Below are positions 1-14,280 of a stretch of 64,000 bases of DNA, in pieces. A program made the position numbers and the translations under genes. Origin of the DNA: Lama guanicoe (taxonomy: Eukaryota); the NCBI GenBank assembly GCA_013239625.1, contig MU054323.1, forward strand, positions 1,116,001 through 1,180,000, written 5' to 3'. The notes below the pieces were generated by a model. That model did no database searches, was not told the origin of the DNA, and saw only the letters and a list, made by a program, of their open reading frames with translations. The first letter of the stretch is position 1. Each line of letters opens with the position of its first letter.

Positions 1-385
1 CAGATCCTGAACATTATTTCTTCCATCATAGTGTTTACAGTCTGAGAGGTTGCAGAAGTACACAAATAATGCTATAATTACTAAAAGTACACAAATAATG
101 CTGTAATGTGAGGAGGCTTCTGATGGTAATAAACCCAGTGCAGTAACAGAAATAGGCAGAGTGTCAGAGGAAATCTCTCAAGGAAGGGATACATAAGCCT
201 GGAAGATGAGAAGCAGTCAGCCAGAACAAATGGGATGACGAGTAGTAGCCTGGACAGAGGGGCCATCTGGCATGAGAACCTCTATTCTAGGACCCAGAGG
301 GGCCAGCATTGGCAAGGCAGGCAGGGGTCAAGTCATTGAGATGCTGACAAAAAACTGAATTTTCTTCTAAGTGCAACGGGAGCCC
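1..385 (-). mobile_element. LINE2 (L2) fragment
   Basis: Degenerate L2 antisense motifs 'catagtgtttacagtctgag' and 'aattttcttctaagtgcaacgggagcc'. Confidence 0.55.
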
Positions 386-394
386 ACGTCTCTC

Positions 395-455
395 TTTCCT
401 GGTTCCTGGCACATAGTTGCCACTCAATAATTTGTTTGATGGAGAATGTGTTAAT
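395..455 (+). mobile_element. L2 3' end
   Basis: 'cctggcacatagttgccactcaataatttgtttgatgg' resembles the L2 terminus. Confidence 0.65.
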
Positions 456-664
456 GAGATCAGTTTCTTACCCTTTATTAGCCCCCTAAAGAAATGAGAC
501 TTGGTCCATGTCTCAGAAGCCCATAAGGAAAGGAGAAGGCAAAACAAAAACATCTGAATGTGGAGCAATCATGTTGGGCAGCAGGTGGGCAAAGCACTAG
601 GAGTGAAGTTTCACTATTTGTATTTACCGAGATCCACTCTCCAGGCCTCTTCTAGAACAATCTC

Positions 665-840
665 CGTTATATCACTCAGTTCTCACAGAAACTATAACAA
701 AGGTAGGTGTTATTTTATCCACGTGTAATAGACACCGAACAAAGGCTTAAGCAGTTACGTAGCCCGCCTGTCACTTGGTGAATGCGTCACCATCAGTATT
801 TGAAGCCAGGATTGTCAGCTTCTAAACACCTGATCTTTTC
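665..840 (-). mobile_element. MIR SINE fragment
   Basis: 'ctcacagaaactatacaaaggtaggtgttatt...tttgaagccagg' follows the antisense MIR layout. Confidence 0.6.
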
Positions 841-937
841 AAGACACCAGAGAAAAGTAAAGGATACGGAGGAAAGTAATCAAGAGAAGCCTTGTGGCAA
901 AGGATGGTTTGGAGCAGGTTTGACAAGACGAGGTATT

Positions 938-1185
938 TAATAATGACTAACGCTGACTGAGTGCCTATTATGTACCGGGCACTGTTCTAGGGGCTTCATA
1001 TGCATTCACTCATTTAATTCTCATAACATCCTGATAAAGCCCTACGAAGTAAGTGCTGTCATTACCTTCCTTTTAAAAATGAGGGAATTGAGGCATAGGC
1101 AGGAAAAGTAACTTTTTGAGGTTATGTAACTGGAAAATTGTGGATCAGGAATTAAGAACAGTTTGTGCCAGACCATGTGCTCCCT
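938..1185 (-). mobile_element. MIR SINE, near full length
   Basis: 'gagtgcctattatgtaccgggcactgttctagg...ttttaaaaatgagggaattgaggcatag' is the antisense MIR core. Confidence 0.85.
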
Positions 1186-2904
1186 GGGCATAATGCAACA
1201 CTTGCTTTGGTAAGTACCTACTAACAGCTAGTCTACAGACTCATCTGTTACACCAGGAGAGCTTGCGAATTTATATTTTAGTCAACTCCAACCTGTCATA
1301 CCCAAGTGTGAACTTAAGAGGATATTCCCTGAATCAAAAAATATGTCAAAGAGTTTGATAAATGGATGCCAAGTAGCTCAGTATTTCCAATGTCTTTGCC
1401 TGGTCCATCTGCCCCAAAGCGTCAGCCAAGAAATAAATCTTGGCCATGGCATTAATCAGCTCTAAGAAAAAACTTTTCTTCCAAATGTCATTTGTTTAGT
1501 CAGAGACTCACAAGAAAATAGCCTATTCCTCAGCAATGGGAATATTAGCATCCTCTGACTTCTCTTTAGAGTTGAGGTTGTCACAAAAATGAATCATAAC
1601 AGCTCCATGAGAATTAATAATTCAACTATACTTATTAATAAATATTGATATCTCAACTTTTCTTAGAAACATGGAAACCTAACCCAGTTTAAAAAAAAAA
1701 AAAGATTGCCAAGGCCAGAGGATGCAAAAGGCCCATCTAAGCAAAGGGGGTTCTGGGGGAATATGTCCATGGGAATGGACAAGCTCCCTTTTCTCCTGTA
1801 AGTGACCACATTCATAGTATCCTGGACCACAGCTTTTATAGGACATTGACTATAATCACTAGGATTCCAGAACAAAGGAGATGGAAAGATGTGGAAAAAC
1901 ATAGGGAAGAAAAGAATATTGTGCTGAAAGTCAGTAACAGCTATGCAGTAACCAGGCACATGACCTTAACCACTCTCCTGCAACCTCTCCTCACACCTGC
2001 ACCTGCTACCATCATCCTGAGACACTGTGTTTCTCTGAGAACTAAGGAGTTACACTAATGTTCTCTGAAAACTCCTCCAGTTATAATGCCCTTTGAATCT
2101 GTGTGGCAATTTATGTAGCGCTAGCAGGAGTGGAAGGATAGCGTTGGGAAGAAGTGATGATGAGACGGAATGCATGTCTTTGAAACAATTATTATTTTTA
2201 TGCTCCATAAAATACAGGAAGAGAAAATTCTGATGCAATTCATGCAGAAAACTGACAAAAGTCAGAACTCTTGGATGCGCATGGTATGATGGTATGGGGC
2301 ATAATCTAAGAAATCCAGTCTTGACTTACACGTTATGAGTAAGCCTCAGTGCGCTGCCACTTGCCAGCCTGAATGCGCTAATTCAGTCCCAGCTAACCTT
2401 CTGTTTTGCTTTGCACTATTCCCTTAGTCATGTTGGACTTGTTAAATATAAATAAAATGGAATACTGGGACTGGAACACTTCCATCCAGGCAATGTTTCA
2501 TCATTTCTAAATGCCTTCAGCCTCCATCCCCTGCTTCAATAATTATTTTCACAAAATTCTTGCCTGGTTGTGGAATAAATTTTGTCCATTTCTTAAGACT
2601 CTCAAACAAGCTGAGATTTGTTACAGACATTCTTAGTACAAAAATATATTTAGAAGATTAATTAATGAAAAATAAAGAAAAATAAAGTGTAAACTGAATA
2701 TAAATTCTAACATTTCTGGGAAGCCTCAAGCTGCAAAACCCCTTCCTTTAACTTGTTCTCACTAAGGTTTAGTTAGTTTATTTTAGATTCTGGAGGACAG
2801 CTCCCCAGATTTTCTACTCCAATGAGATAAGTTGTGGAAATAGTCAGAAATTTTTTCTCAGCATCACAGCAGCCCAACTATTATCTTTTGGCAGGGGTGG
2901 CAAC

Positions 2905-4060
2905 CTTATTATTTTTCATTATTTTATTCCTGAAAACTTAAAATATATAAAAAGTAGATGGTATACATTAAGATAGTATATAACCACTTGCCAGGTACTC
3001 TTCACCAGCCTTGGTAATTATTGTCTTGGTTTGAGCTTCTATAACAAATTACAATATAGTGGTGGCTTAGACAACAAACATTTATTTCTCACACGTTCTC
3101 TCATGTCTCTTCTTATAAAGCACCAGGGCTAATCCCATCCATGTGGGATCTACACTCATAACCTAAGTACATCCCAAAGGCTTCACCTCATAATGCTGCC
3201 ACCTTAAGGGTTAGAATTTCAGCAAATGAATTTTGGCGGGGACACAAATATTCAGTCCATGACAATCATAAATCTTGTTTTTTCATCTCATCACTTCCCT
3301 CTAGCCTTTCTCTATCAGTGTGAAGCAAATTTCAGCTATCTTACCATTTAAGTCTTAAACATTTCAGATTGTATCTCTTAAAAAAAAGGACTACTGTAAA
3401 ATATAACACCACGTAGTTATCATACTACAAAATATTAAGAGTTCCTTAATATCATCAAATAGTCTCAGTGTTCAAATTTTCAATTGTCTTATAAATGTCA
3501 TAAATTTATTTTATAGTTTGTCTGCAAAAGGATCTAATTTAGATCCACAAACTGTGATTTAGCGATATAACTTTTAAATCTCTTTCAATCTATAGGTTCC
3601 TCTTGCATTTCTTTTTCTCTTTCTTTTTTTCTTGTAATTTGGAAATAACCAAATTTTTTTGAATAAACCAAGTCACTTATCCTGTAGAATCACCCACAAA
3701 GATTTTGCTGGTTGCATCCTTTTGGTTGATTTAACACATTCCTCTTTTCTCTGATTTTCTTATAAATTACTATTTGGATCTAAAGACTTATTCAGAATTA
3801 ATATCCATTTTATGGTAAAACTGTTCCATAGATAGCAGTATGTTCTTCCACTAGGAGGTGTATAATTGTTATATCTCTTCCACGAATGTTAGTAACGCTT
3901 GATGTGCAATATATAGCTCCATTAATTATGGCGTTAGTTCGTTCCACATTAGCTGGAGGAAGTATAAAGAGAAACTCCTTGTCATCTACTGTTTAGTTGC
4001 CCAGTGATGTCGTTTATACAGGAAAGACAGAATAAAAGTCTTACTCTTTTCTTTTCTTTA
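2905..4060 (-). mobile_element. L1MC4/5-type LINE1 3' UTR, interrupted by an MLT1 LTR
   Basis: 'gttccttaatatcatcaaatagtctcagtgttcaaattttc' and flanks resemble the L1MC 3' end in antisense. Confidence 0.7.
3022..3264 (-). mobile_element. MLT1A-type MaLR solo LTR, internally deleted
   Basis: TG...CA ends; 'ggtggcttagacaacaaacatttatttctcac' and 'gaattttggcggggacacaaatattcagtccatgaca'; flanked by ATTAT/ATCAT (5-bp TSD, 1 mismatch). Confidence 0.85.
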
Positions 4061-4789
4061 CTCATGATTCTGATGCCACCAAAATTCTTTCTAAGGAGAA
4101 CTTACTGACTTCTCCTTGGGGTTGCCATTTTGTTTCTTTCCTTTGCCATTTCACTATTTTTTGCCGAGGCCAGAAAGTCATTTTCTACCCTCATTAGGCC
4201 ATGCAAAGCATCTTTGCTAAAATCATTTCCAAATCTCTCTCTTTTTTATTGAATCCCTGAGTTATAATTATACGCCTATATCACAGTCTTGTTGTACAGT
4301 ATTGGTGTTAGAGACCACACAGCATTTCCCCCTATTCTTTCAATTCTAATACATAGTAAATATTACTAAAAGTGAGAGACTATAGAATAATATAGTCCTC
4401 AAGATTCTCAGAATAAACAGGATTGTGCAGACTTTGCCTCATATCACAGACTCAGTCTAGTCTCTCTATTCTGTTTGTTGAAAACAATGAAACTGTGATC
4501 TCTGTCTTTAAGAAAACTAGAATTTACTATCTTTAATAGAATAGAATATAAAACAATGGGACTGCTTTGTGCATTATCTGTGACACGCAGGGGTCATATG
4601 TTCTTTTAAGAATATCTTTACAAAAGATGGAATGAGGCTATACGAAAAGAAAAAGGAATTCTGTTCATGTCAAGAAGTCGTAACATTGAGGCCAAGAAGG
4701 TAAGCACACATTGCACCACCTCTCATTCTGGAATCAATAGAATTCCGTGGCCTGGAGCTTCGGCATACAAGGGAGAGTTTGCCTTTTGA

Positions 4790-6345
4790 ACGATATCAAT
4801 GTTTTACATATTCAGAAAATAAAATCTAGTCAAAAAGAAGAAAATGCAAACCATAAAAGTGAAAACAAATAGAAATGAGTACATAATCAAATACATGATC
4901 ATATACCAACCTACTAACAAAACCCACAAATAAAGCAAGTATTTCAGGAGACTTTGAAAACAAAAATCTAAACCCTACATTCTTAGAGGGTTACATTTTA
5001 AGAGCAAAACAGCTTAAAAATCTTGAATAATGATCAGTTATTTTATTTCTGTTGGTAGAAATATCAGCATTTCTAATATTAAAACTCTTCTATGTTTTGC
5101 AGATAGAAGTTGCCCAGAAAATAAAAATATATGTTGCAGGATATATAAAATTAAACAATATATTAATGTTTTAGGAATCAAATGTTCAGTGTAAGACAAT
5201 AGAACTAAAATATATAATAAAAATGTTAAGAAAGGGTTATAAGGAGAATTTGAATTAGGAATATCAAAATTAATACATAATCTTTAAAGATGCCTTTCTT
5301 AGTGCTTCCCACCAAAAGAAACTGGAAGCCATGGTACCCCAACAGTGATAAGTACAGAGATTTTATTTCATCAGGACCCAGAACTGGAGTCACAAATAGG
5401 AGAGAGAACTAAACTTAGGTGCCTGTGTAAGCTGGGACCACAGAGGGAGGAGATGCCCTGAGGGAGGTGAATTCAGAAGGAGAGGCCACCACTGTTGGAG
5501 GAGGCAGAGTAAGAGAGAGGCATTTCTGGCTTTACTCCTCCCTTTGCCCTCCAGTCTTGTAATAGTGACTGCTACCGAATGAACTTGTCTGGTGGCCAGT
5601 TGGAAAGGAGGCCTCGGAAACTGAGTTCAGTGTGACACTGACCAGATCAGAGCAAAGGAAAGCTTTGGTTGGAGAAGGCACATGATGATACCATTAATAC
5701 TTGTGAAAAAGAGAGAGAGAGAGAAGAGACCAACTCCTTACTCCGGAATTAGTAGGAAAGGGAAAGAATTATGAGCATTTATCCTGTCTTCATAGTAGAA
5801 TCTGCAGTTTATCCCTAGTTTTAAAGCTCTTCTTTACAAAATAATGCCAACTAAATAAAGAACTCAAAATTAATCAATTACCATTTTGTCACAATCAATG
5901 AATATTTGACTTAGACAAGAATATGTGAATATTAAAATCATTGGTTACAATGTTGGGGAACAGAATTTTTGCACAGTGCCAAAATTCACAGAATACTTGC
6001 TATTTGCAAAAGGCACAAATGTTATTTAACAATGGAGAAATACTAATGTCATGATAATAACCATGTGGTAATCACCCCTTAACCACATAAACACTCTCAG
6101 CATCATTGATAACAGCACAGACTCTGTGTGCTCCTTGAAATGTAACGTGAAGTACAAAACATCAATTTTGAAATATTGTTGCCAAAAATTCTTAACCTAT
6201 ATCCTAAAACCTTTAGGCATAATGTCTGATTTATAGGAAATACAGGGATAGAAAAACAAGTTTACCAACATAAGGAAACAATCAGGCAAATCCAGAAAAT
6301 GGGACATACTATTAGATAACTACATTCTATAAGAAAAATTAGGAC
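4790..6345 (+). mobile_element. L1MC4-type LINE1 3' UTR, interrupted by an LTR remnant
   Basis: 'ggcaaatccagaaaatgggacatactattagataac' and 'agcatttatcctgtctt' resemble the L1MC 3' end. Confidence 0.65.
5365..5690. mobile_element. Old ERVL-type LTR remnant (LTR33/LTR41-like)
   Basis: GC-richer block inside L1, with 'ccctccagtcttgtaatagtgactgctaccgaatgaacttgtctggtggccagttggaaaggaggcc'. Confidence 0.45.
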
Positions 6346-6349
6346 CATG

Positions 6350-9300
6350 CCATTTTAAACAATTTGATTTTATTAAGCAAATTTTGTGTTGTTTTATAGT
6401 TATATAAGAGGTGAGAAAGCAATTATATATCTATTAAAGTGTTTAGTAACTATCACAGTAGAATTTTTATACTAAGCAAAATTATTATTCAAAAATTAGA
6501 ATAAAATAATTTTTAATTTTTTAAAAAGTAAATACTCCTCCAAATAGTGTCAACTAAATAAACTTCTAAAGAATGAGGTAAAATTATCTCAGAAGATATT
6601 ACATTCAAAAATGGTGAGTAAAAAGATGCTGCGTAAATGATTTAAAATGGTGAGTTAAAAGATGATAAATATGTGTGTAGTCTAAATAAACATTGACCAC
6701 ATAAAGCCATCAAAATAATTCTACTTGAGGTATTAAAAATTCAAAATACTGAAAAGTAAGGTAATATTTTAAATGTATATTGGTCAAAAAGGATTAAGAG
6801 TTACTGACACAATGTAGATTTGGTTTAGTTAATAAAACATGTTTTAAAAAAGGGATAATCATCCAAGGAATAAAAATTGTGGAGAAAAAAACAAAATAAG
6901 AAAATAATTTACTTAATTAAAAAGTATTCAAACACCTAAAAAACAGGAAAAAAATTAAAACTATTTAGGTATAAGTAGAAAATACGTCATTAGAAATATA
7001 TGTGTTATATACACCCATAAGAATAATATTAAGTTTAAATAAATTGAATCTGATTAAAAGACATAAATTATTAGACCCTAAACATAAAGAAATGGAGATG
7101 TTGGAAATAGCTAGATTTAAAAGGATGGAATGTAAATGTTGATGCAGCTTTATTAATGTCACAGAAAATATACTGTCTGGCTGTTGGGCTTCTAATTCAA
7201 TGTCAGTCTGTCCAACGAAAGCAGTGGTGATGAGACAAGGAATTGTATGTTGTCCACTCTTTTGCATTCAACTCTTAGAACGATGCCTAATGCAAGGGGC
7301 TTATTTGAGTATTTATAAATTTCTAAAAGTATACATGCTATGTTAAAATATATTATGAGCACTTAAATTGTTAGATAGCGTAAAATTGCCTTCTAAAAGA
7401 TTTATGTCAAGTTAAAGTTTAATAATAGAAGATGAGTAAGCCATGCTTTATTTTTTAATGTGGTCTTTCCGTTCATATACTTTGCTGATATTTCCACTGA
7501 GCTATTTTCCTTTCTGTATTGCTTCATAAGAGCTCTTTGTATAAAATAGCTATTAATTGTTAGTTTATCATATATATTTGCAATTATTTTCTATTTTTTC
7601 ATTTCCCTCCCTGAAACTTGGGTTTTAAACTACATTTATGGTAAATATTTTTATAAAGATCTTTAAATTCTAAGGTACTCACATCTTTATTCCCCTCATG
7701 ATTTTGAATTTTATATATCTTTAGGAAGGCTTTCTCTACTATAAAATTATAAAATAATCTATTTTATTCCAAATTTTTTTTATATTTACTTTTTGAAAAA
7801 TATTCATGTGATAGGGAACATTACTTCCATTAATTTTAAATGTGAATTGTTCCTATAAAGTACTATCATGTCACATTTACATGGGTCTGTTTCTGAACTA
7901 TTTATTATGCTCTAGTGATCAAAATACTATTAATAGCATAAATTTATATAGCATTTTTCCATCTAGTAGATAACCTATTGATCTTTATGTTCAAAAATTT
8001 CTTAGTTATTCTTAGACTCTTTCTCCAGATAAACTTTAGAGTTAAATTACTAATTTCCAAAAAGTATCCCTTTGAACAGATACTGAATTTTGAGTTTCCT
8101 TTGGAAAGAACTAACATCTCTATAATATTTTTCAATTAAGAAAATGGAAATGAGAGCCAAATGAATTGATTTAGATCTCACTTTATTTGCTTCAAGATAT
8201 TTTATACTTTTTTCCTTATAGGATTTAAACTTTTCTAATTATCTGTATTCCTGTTTTTGAGATTTTTTACTTCTATTACAGTCAAGATCTTCTATTTTCT
8301 CAGTACATTTTATAAATTGATTATTCACAGCTGTGGTATATAAGACAGCTACTGATGTTTTTAGGTTGATCTTGCATGAAATCACTTCATTCCATAGACG
8401 TTTTAATGGCTTAAGTAGGTAAATCCATAATTCAATTTGGATCTAAGTAGTTCGTGATTTTCATGCTAGTGGAAATGGTACTTTTCTTTTCTTTTGTTTT
8501 TCTTTTACTCTTATTAATTTCTTCCTTACGCTTTTAGTGTTTGTTGCTATTTTCCTTTCCCTTCTCTATTTGAATGTTTTGATTATTTCTGTGAACTGGA
8601 TAAATGCATTTAAGTATGTAAATTTCCTCTGAGTACTGCCTTGGCCACAGCTTGAATTTTTTTAATGAATTCTATTTGTTAAGAAGCCCTAATAAAAACA
8701 TTTAACAAAGCATTAGGCTGAGAATTTAAATGACAACACAAACAAATCTGTTCATGTTCTAATTGCTCAGTTCAGCAGTTATTTCCAATTATCTGCATTT
8801 CTACTGTGCATCAGGTTCAGATACTGATACTAAAAAAAAAGAGTATTATAATAATAGATCGTTACCCACAGGACTCTCATATTACTAGTTATTTTAGACC
8901 TTATATCTGATCCCATACTTCAGTCCTACAGGTTTAGATCTCAGATTTGACTCCAGACTAACTTTCCGCACATTTCCTACTCAGACTTGGAGCTTCCATT
9001 TGAGCAGGACATGGCCTGGGTTCAGTTCCTGAACATGGTTTGTCTTCTTCCTCGGCAACTTGTCCATATTTTGACATTAGATCCGTGGCCTGACTCTAAA
9101 ATTTTCTGTGCTATTGTCTTCACTACAATTGTCCTTTTTACAGCCTTGCAATTTAAGGATAGAAAACTTGAGTGTTTGAGATACAAAAAAAACAAAACAA
9201 ACAAAAAATCCACTGATTTCAAAGTTATCACCATGTTTAACTAAACCTTGCTAAGAGACAGACCTCAAGGCTTGCCAGAGGTTGTTTCTATACACACCTT

Positions 9301-10370
9301 CTCATGTCAAAGTTATATAGCTTTACAGCTGAATCTAGCTCATTAAACCCCTCAGTTACTTCATAACTCCTTTTGAAGCTCTGCTGTATTTTAATTCAGT
9401 CTCTCTAATCTCTCCCCCATAATAAAAGAATAATAAAAATATTATTCCTACGCTATAATCTAATTTATTTCTACTTATTTTACATTCTACTTCACTACTA
9501 CTTTACTTTGTACATATTTCCTCTTCTTTTAAGTTTTTAAAAATTATTAAAATATTCCTTTCATAGTAAATGTTATTTGAAAATCCATTTGTAATGGCTG
9601 TAAAATAGTCCATTATATTATTGTATTCTGATTGAACAACTTTTGTATTGTGTAGCATATTCTTTTTAATTTCTATGTAGGTTCATTTTTTTAATGGATC
9701 TCTGATTAATATTGTGGAATATATCACTTGAGTTGAAGATTATAGGCAAAACAATATGGATATTTTAAGACTCAATCCATATTACTATATACTTTAATTA
9801 AAAGTTTATACCATTTACAGCAACAATTAAATTCATTATTTACCTCATTATACTTTTTAAATCATTGACCTCTTCTTTCTTTCTTCTATTTAATAATTTA
9901 AAATTGTATCACTTTATTAAAATTTGCCATTGTAAGGACTAATAATTTTGTTTTAGTGTTCTTTATCAACTTATATTTTATTTCTCCTCTTAAAAATTTT
10001 TCTTTACATACTTATTTTTAATTTTAGTGCTTTTCTCATTGGTTTATAAGAATGTTTCACAAAGAAACGGTATCAAGTCATATCTTATACATGATACAAA
10101 TATTAAAGTTTTAAATTTTAATGTTTATCAAATATATCAGCCTTTGCCTTCATGATTTTCCTTATTGTTTATATTCTTAAAAAGTTCATGTTCTTTGCAA
10201 GATTAATTAACTGTATATACTATATATATTTTAAAGCTTATAATTTCACTTTTCTTAAACATTTTACACATTTAAAATTTATTTTTAATGAATTATAATG
10301 TTTGAGAAATTTTGAAGTTTCCCCTAAATTCAATTGCTTTAACATAATTTATTGAATAATTTTCATAAGA
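6350..10370. mobile_element. Cluster of very old L1M/L1ME fragments (A-rich + strand at about 6350-7100; T-rich - strand at about 7300-8670 and 9400-10370)
   Basis: Extreme AT content with strand skew; L1 antisense motifs 'tacatgggtctgtttctgaact' and 'aaatttcctctgagtactgccttggccacag'. The 8700-9400 part looks unique. Confidence 0.6.
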
Positions 10371-12692
10371 TCCATATGTGTGTGATTTCATAAGTAACTT
10401 AATGAATTAAAATGAGTCACCTAGAAAAACTTTTTAGTGTAGCTTTAGTAATTTTTCCCAATATATTCTTGAAGAATGGATAATTAAATATTTTATAGAT
10501 TTTCACTTATATATTTGCTATTATTTTCCAAAGTTCAGTATTCCATAAAATGAGAAACACATGCTTCCTGATGTCTTTTCTTTTTAGAATTCAAAAAACA
10601 AGAGAAATTTATAGGATGTGTCTTCTGTTTTCTAGTTCTCTAAAAATACCTTCAGAAATGAGAATTTAAACAAGTAGTGGTTGAATTTTCAGTTCTCCAT
10701 TTCCAATTTAAGAGTCTTGTATTTAATATATTTTGGATAATGACAAAAATAGATTCATTCTTGCCATGAGAAGTTTATACATTTGCCTTTTCTGTGACTT
10801 GAATCATGGAGATAAATAGTTGCAGATTTTTGTCTCTAAGTAGTAGAGACTGACAACAATGAACCAGTCACATTTCTCATGTCAACTTGCCCAAACCCTC
10901 CCCCGTGCCACCTTCAGCGGAGCAGGACATTGCCTTAGAAGGTCAAAACATTGATACAACCTGAAGTAAGTGATAAAGCATCCACATCGGCCTCACTAGT
11001 ACCAGGAGACTAAATAAAATTCTCATTCATTTATATGAACAACTATAGTTGTTTAAAGGTACATATTTTAAGTAAAATTTTCCAAATATGGACTATCAAG
11101 GCACATGCAATTAATTGTAAAATATCACATGAACGTGAAAGGGAAGATCTAAGCTTCAACCTACTCTTCTTGGATTAAATTCATTGCTTTTTCTCTAAAC
11201 TGTCATGAGAGGGCATATTTGAATGAAGAGTTCAATGTTTAAAAGTTTAGATGAGTTTGGGTTATTTAAACATGTCCTTTGCCTTCTGAATGATTATGTT
11301 ATAGTCTACAGAAAGGATGGCCTTAAATCCAAATTACATTCTATCATTGGTTTTGCAGGTCTATCTTGTACTCTTACAGCATGTTAAGGCATATGCACAT
11401 GCATGTTTCTGAGCTTCAGAGCTATTACATAAGGATTTTGCAAATTGAGTTTACACTGTTGACTATAATGGAAAATCTAAACCCATCAGAATGTCAATTA
11501 CATACTCTGATATTGGCATACTGGATATTTCTGGAGGCTGGAGGGAAATTTGACCTTTTTTAACGGATGACTTCATATTCCCTTCTTTGTCCTGCCATCA
11601 TTGTCAAAGTCTTATGCTATCCCAATGCACAAAGCCATAGGTTTTTTTGTAGACTGATGAGTTGTAGTTGGTTGCCAAGTTTCATGGATTGACATCATAC
11701 CGAGCAGCAGCACTAGCATTCTAGATGCTTGTAACTGCGAGCATGCTCAAGTGAGAGATTGACGGTCATTGGCTAGTCCTGCTCCCCCAGCACATATTAA
11801 TTCAGGAGAAGGAAGACTGGATAAATTGGCCAGAATCAAGTCTCCTACATACAGAATGAGACTATATTTCCAGACTGTCATCCATATACTCCATCTCCTC
11901 ACTGTTTCATTGCTTTATCTGAACTATAAATTCAGACTCTGATCTGGTAACTTGATCTAATTCTAAATTATGCTTTTTACTGCTAGTGGGGCTCAACTTT
12001 ATCCATACCTGACCCTGGACTCTGGGAGACTGACCTCTTTACCCTACAAACCAATATATTGTCTCTACAATGATCCAAAAAAAAAAAAATCAGAATACTG
12101 TTTGTCTCTTAACAGAATTTCTTATAAACAATAAAATAGCACAAAGATTGATTTGATCAATACTTTAAGTTAGGATGAGCTTCCTGAGGGCTCAGCACTG
12201 CCTTTAGTCTTCTCATTTTCATTAATCCAAAGGAAAATAAATCACACTAATTAAATTTGCTTTTCTAAATTGGATGGTATTATAAACCAGGGAGAAACAA
12301 CCAAAAAAGGGGAATTGGAAATGTTGGGTAGCAGTGGTAAACAAAACACACAGGATCCATCTCAGAAGAGGAAAACCAACCTCCTGGAAGAAAGTTTTTC
12401 TGTTTATTCAGGTCCACTTCAAAGAGAAGTAATAGAGAAGACCTAGCAACTGATATCTGTGAATCTACCACTTGCACAGGCAGACTACAAAAGTGGGAAG
12501 TCACTGCCTGGAAGGGAAGAGTTCAACTGATTCCATCAAAATTCATATTATCATACTTGATCTTTTGCTTTCCAAATTGTTAGTACTTAGAACATGGGGA
12601 AGCTCCCGTGTGAACCATTCAGGCAGCTGGTTTACATATACATTTCTTACTCAGGGTCACTTAATCTGGGTCCCAAGAAACAGTATGTCACC

Positions 12693-12873
12693 TTCCCAGT
12701 TACTGTCTCTGTGGCTTTTGTGGTACTTATTCTCTGAGCTGCAAATATCTCATCCTACAATAAGGATAATAACCCTTTCTACTTTGTAGGGTTATTTAAA
12801 ATTAGATAAGAAAGTGCATGTAAAAAGCCTAAAGAAGTGTTTGTCATATAGTGAGTGCCCAATACATTTTAAC
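12693..12873 (+). mobile_element. MIR SINE
   Basis: 'ctcatcctacaataaggataataac...gcatgtaaaaagcctaaagaagtgtttgtcatatagtgagtgcccaata'. Confidence 0.7.
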
Positions 12874-12889
12874 ACTTTCTAAATATTAT

Positions 12890-13520
12890 TAAAAATGCTT
12901 AGATAAACATCTACGCAAAAAAAAGATTAAAGTCTGCCAAGCCAGGTCTAAAGCTGTACATTTAGCTAGTAAGAAAGGAGTGATGATCTGTGTCATAGGC
13001 AGTTAGAATGCCTGCCCTCTGAAAGTTCACCATCCAGAGAAAAATACAATTAAGTGTAAGGAAATGTGTTGATGTCAACAGCAGAGGTGCACAGTAAGTG
13101 CTGTGAAACTCCAAGGGAAAATGTCACTAACTCTGTATTGAGAAGTTTGAAAATACTTCAGATAGAAAATGACGTTTCAGTGGGTTCTTTAAAGATAAGT
13201 GAGAGTTTTATAAGTGGAGAATGATACAGGAGCATCCTAAAGATGGAGAACAATGTTTCTGAGGCCATAAAGTGAGGGGGAAAAAAAGCATGAGGTGAGT
13301 AGTTTGATATACTTGAAGTCGAAGAGCTAAAAAGCAAGGGGTAAAAGAGAGGAAAAGAGTTAAAAGATTCAGTTTGGAAAAAGATAAGTTCAGTTTGCAA
13401 ACAACATTGAATGGAATGCTGGGTGTTTAGATATTATCTTGAAGTCAATGGTGAACTGAAGGATATTCATCTGGGGAGAGATAAGTGTTTAAAGCATGAC
13501 CATGGAATAGGACAGCAAGA
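12890..13520 (-). mobile_element. L2 fragment
   Basis: 'gcctgccctctgaaagttcacatccag' and 'agatattatcttgaagtcaatggtgaactgaagg'. Confidence 0.65.
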
Positions 13521-14084
13521 AACCTGCAAGGACACGGGTGAGGTGAGTGCTGATCCACTCAAGAAAATCCGCAAAGGTAGAAAGTCTCCACTGGAGACAG
13601 CCACGTGTTCAATAAAGGGGCATACACAGTTCATAGAGCTACGCTCTGAGGAAAGAGTAAGTGGAGTACAAGTTATAGATCGAAGGGTATATCATGTTGG
13701 ATGGACACCTGAGACACAATCTAAATAAGAAGCCTCCTGATGTAGTAAAATGCTGACTCCCTGATCCATTGTTCAGGAAGCGTTTGTATGGAATTTTCCA
13801 ATGGCTCACAAAGCCAAATTCACTATAAGACTCGGAGGAAAGATAGAAGGTGTATGTGAAGCACTCTTGAGGGGTGAAAAGAAGCTTCTGAGAAGTAACT
13901 TTGAAAAGAAAAACCAGAGCCAGTGAGAAGTACTGCTTTCATTACCCACAGGAAGAGCTCTGTTTCTTGGGAGAAAAGTCTGGAAGAGGTCAATGGGCAA
14001 AGGAGAGACACATATACCAAGAAGCAAGTTTGGAAAATAATATTCCCAGGAGAAGGCAGGGAAACAAAAGCGGGCTTTGCAGAC

Positions 14085-14280
14085 ATAATACCTGAGATTG
14101 AACTCCAATCCACCATTTAGTAACTATATAATCCTGAGTATATTATTTAAATCATCTTAGCTTCAGGTTTCTCATCTGTAATGTAGGGGTTATTGTACCA
14201 ATGTCACAAGGCTGTTGTGAAGATGAAGCAAAGTGGAATATGTCAAGCATGTAGGCAATAATAGATGCACAATAATAGAT
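14085..14280 (+). mobile_element. MIR SINE
   Basis: MIR core 'cttcaggtttctcatctgtaatgtagggg...ggctgttgtgaagatgaa'. Confidence 0.75.

Noticed and set aside
11739..11748. p53 response element (GAGCATGCTC)
   Set aside because: A single half-site with no adjacent partner.
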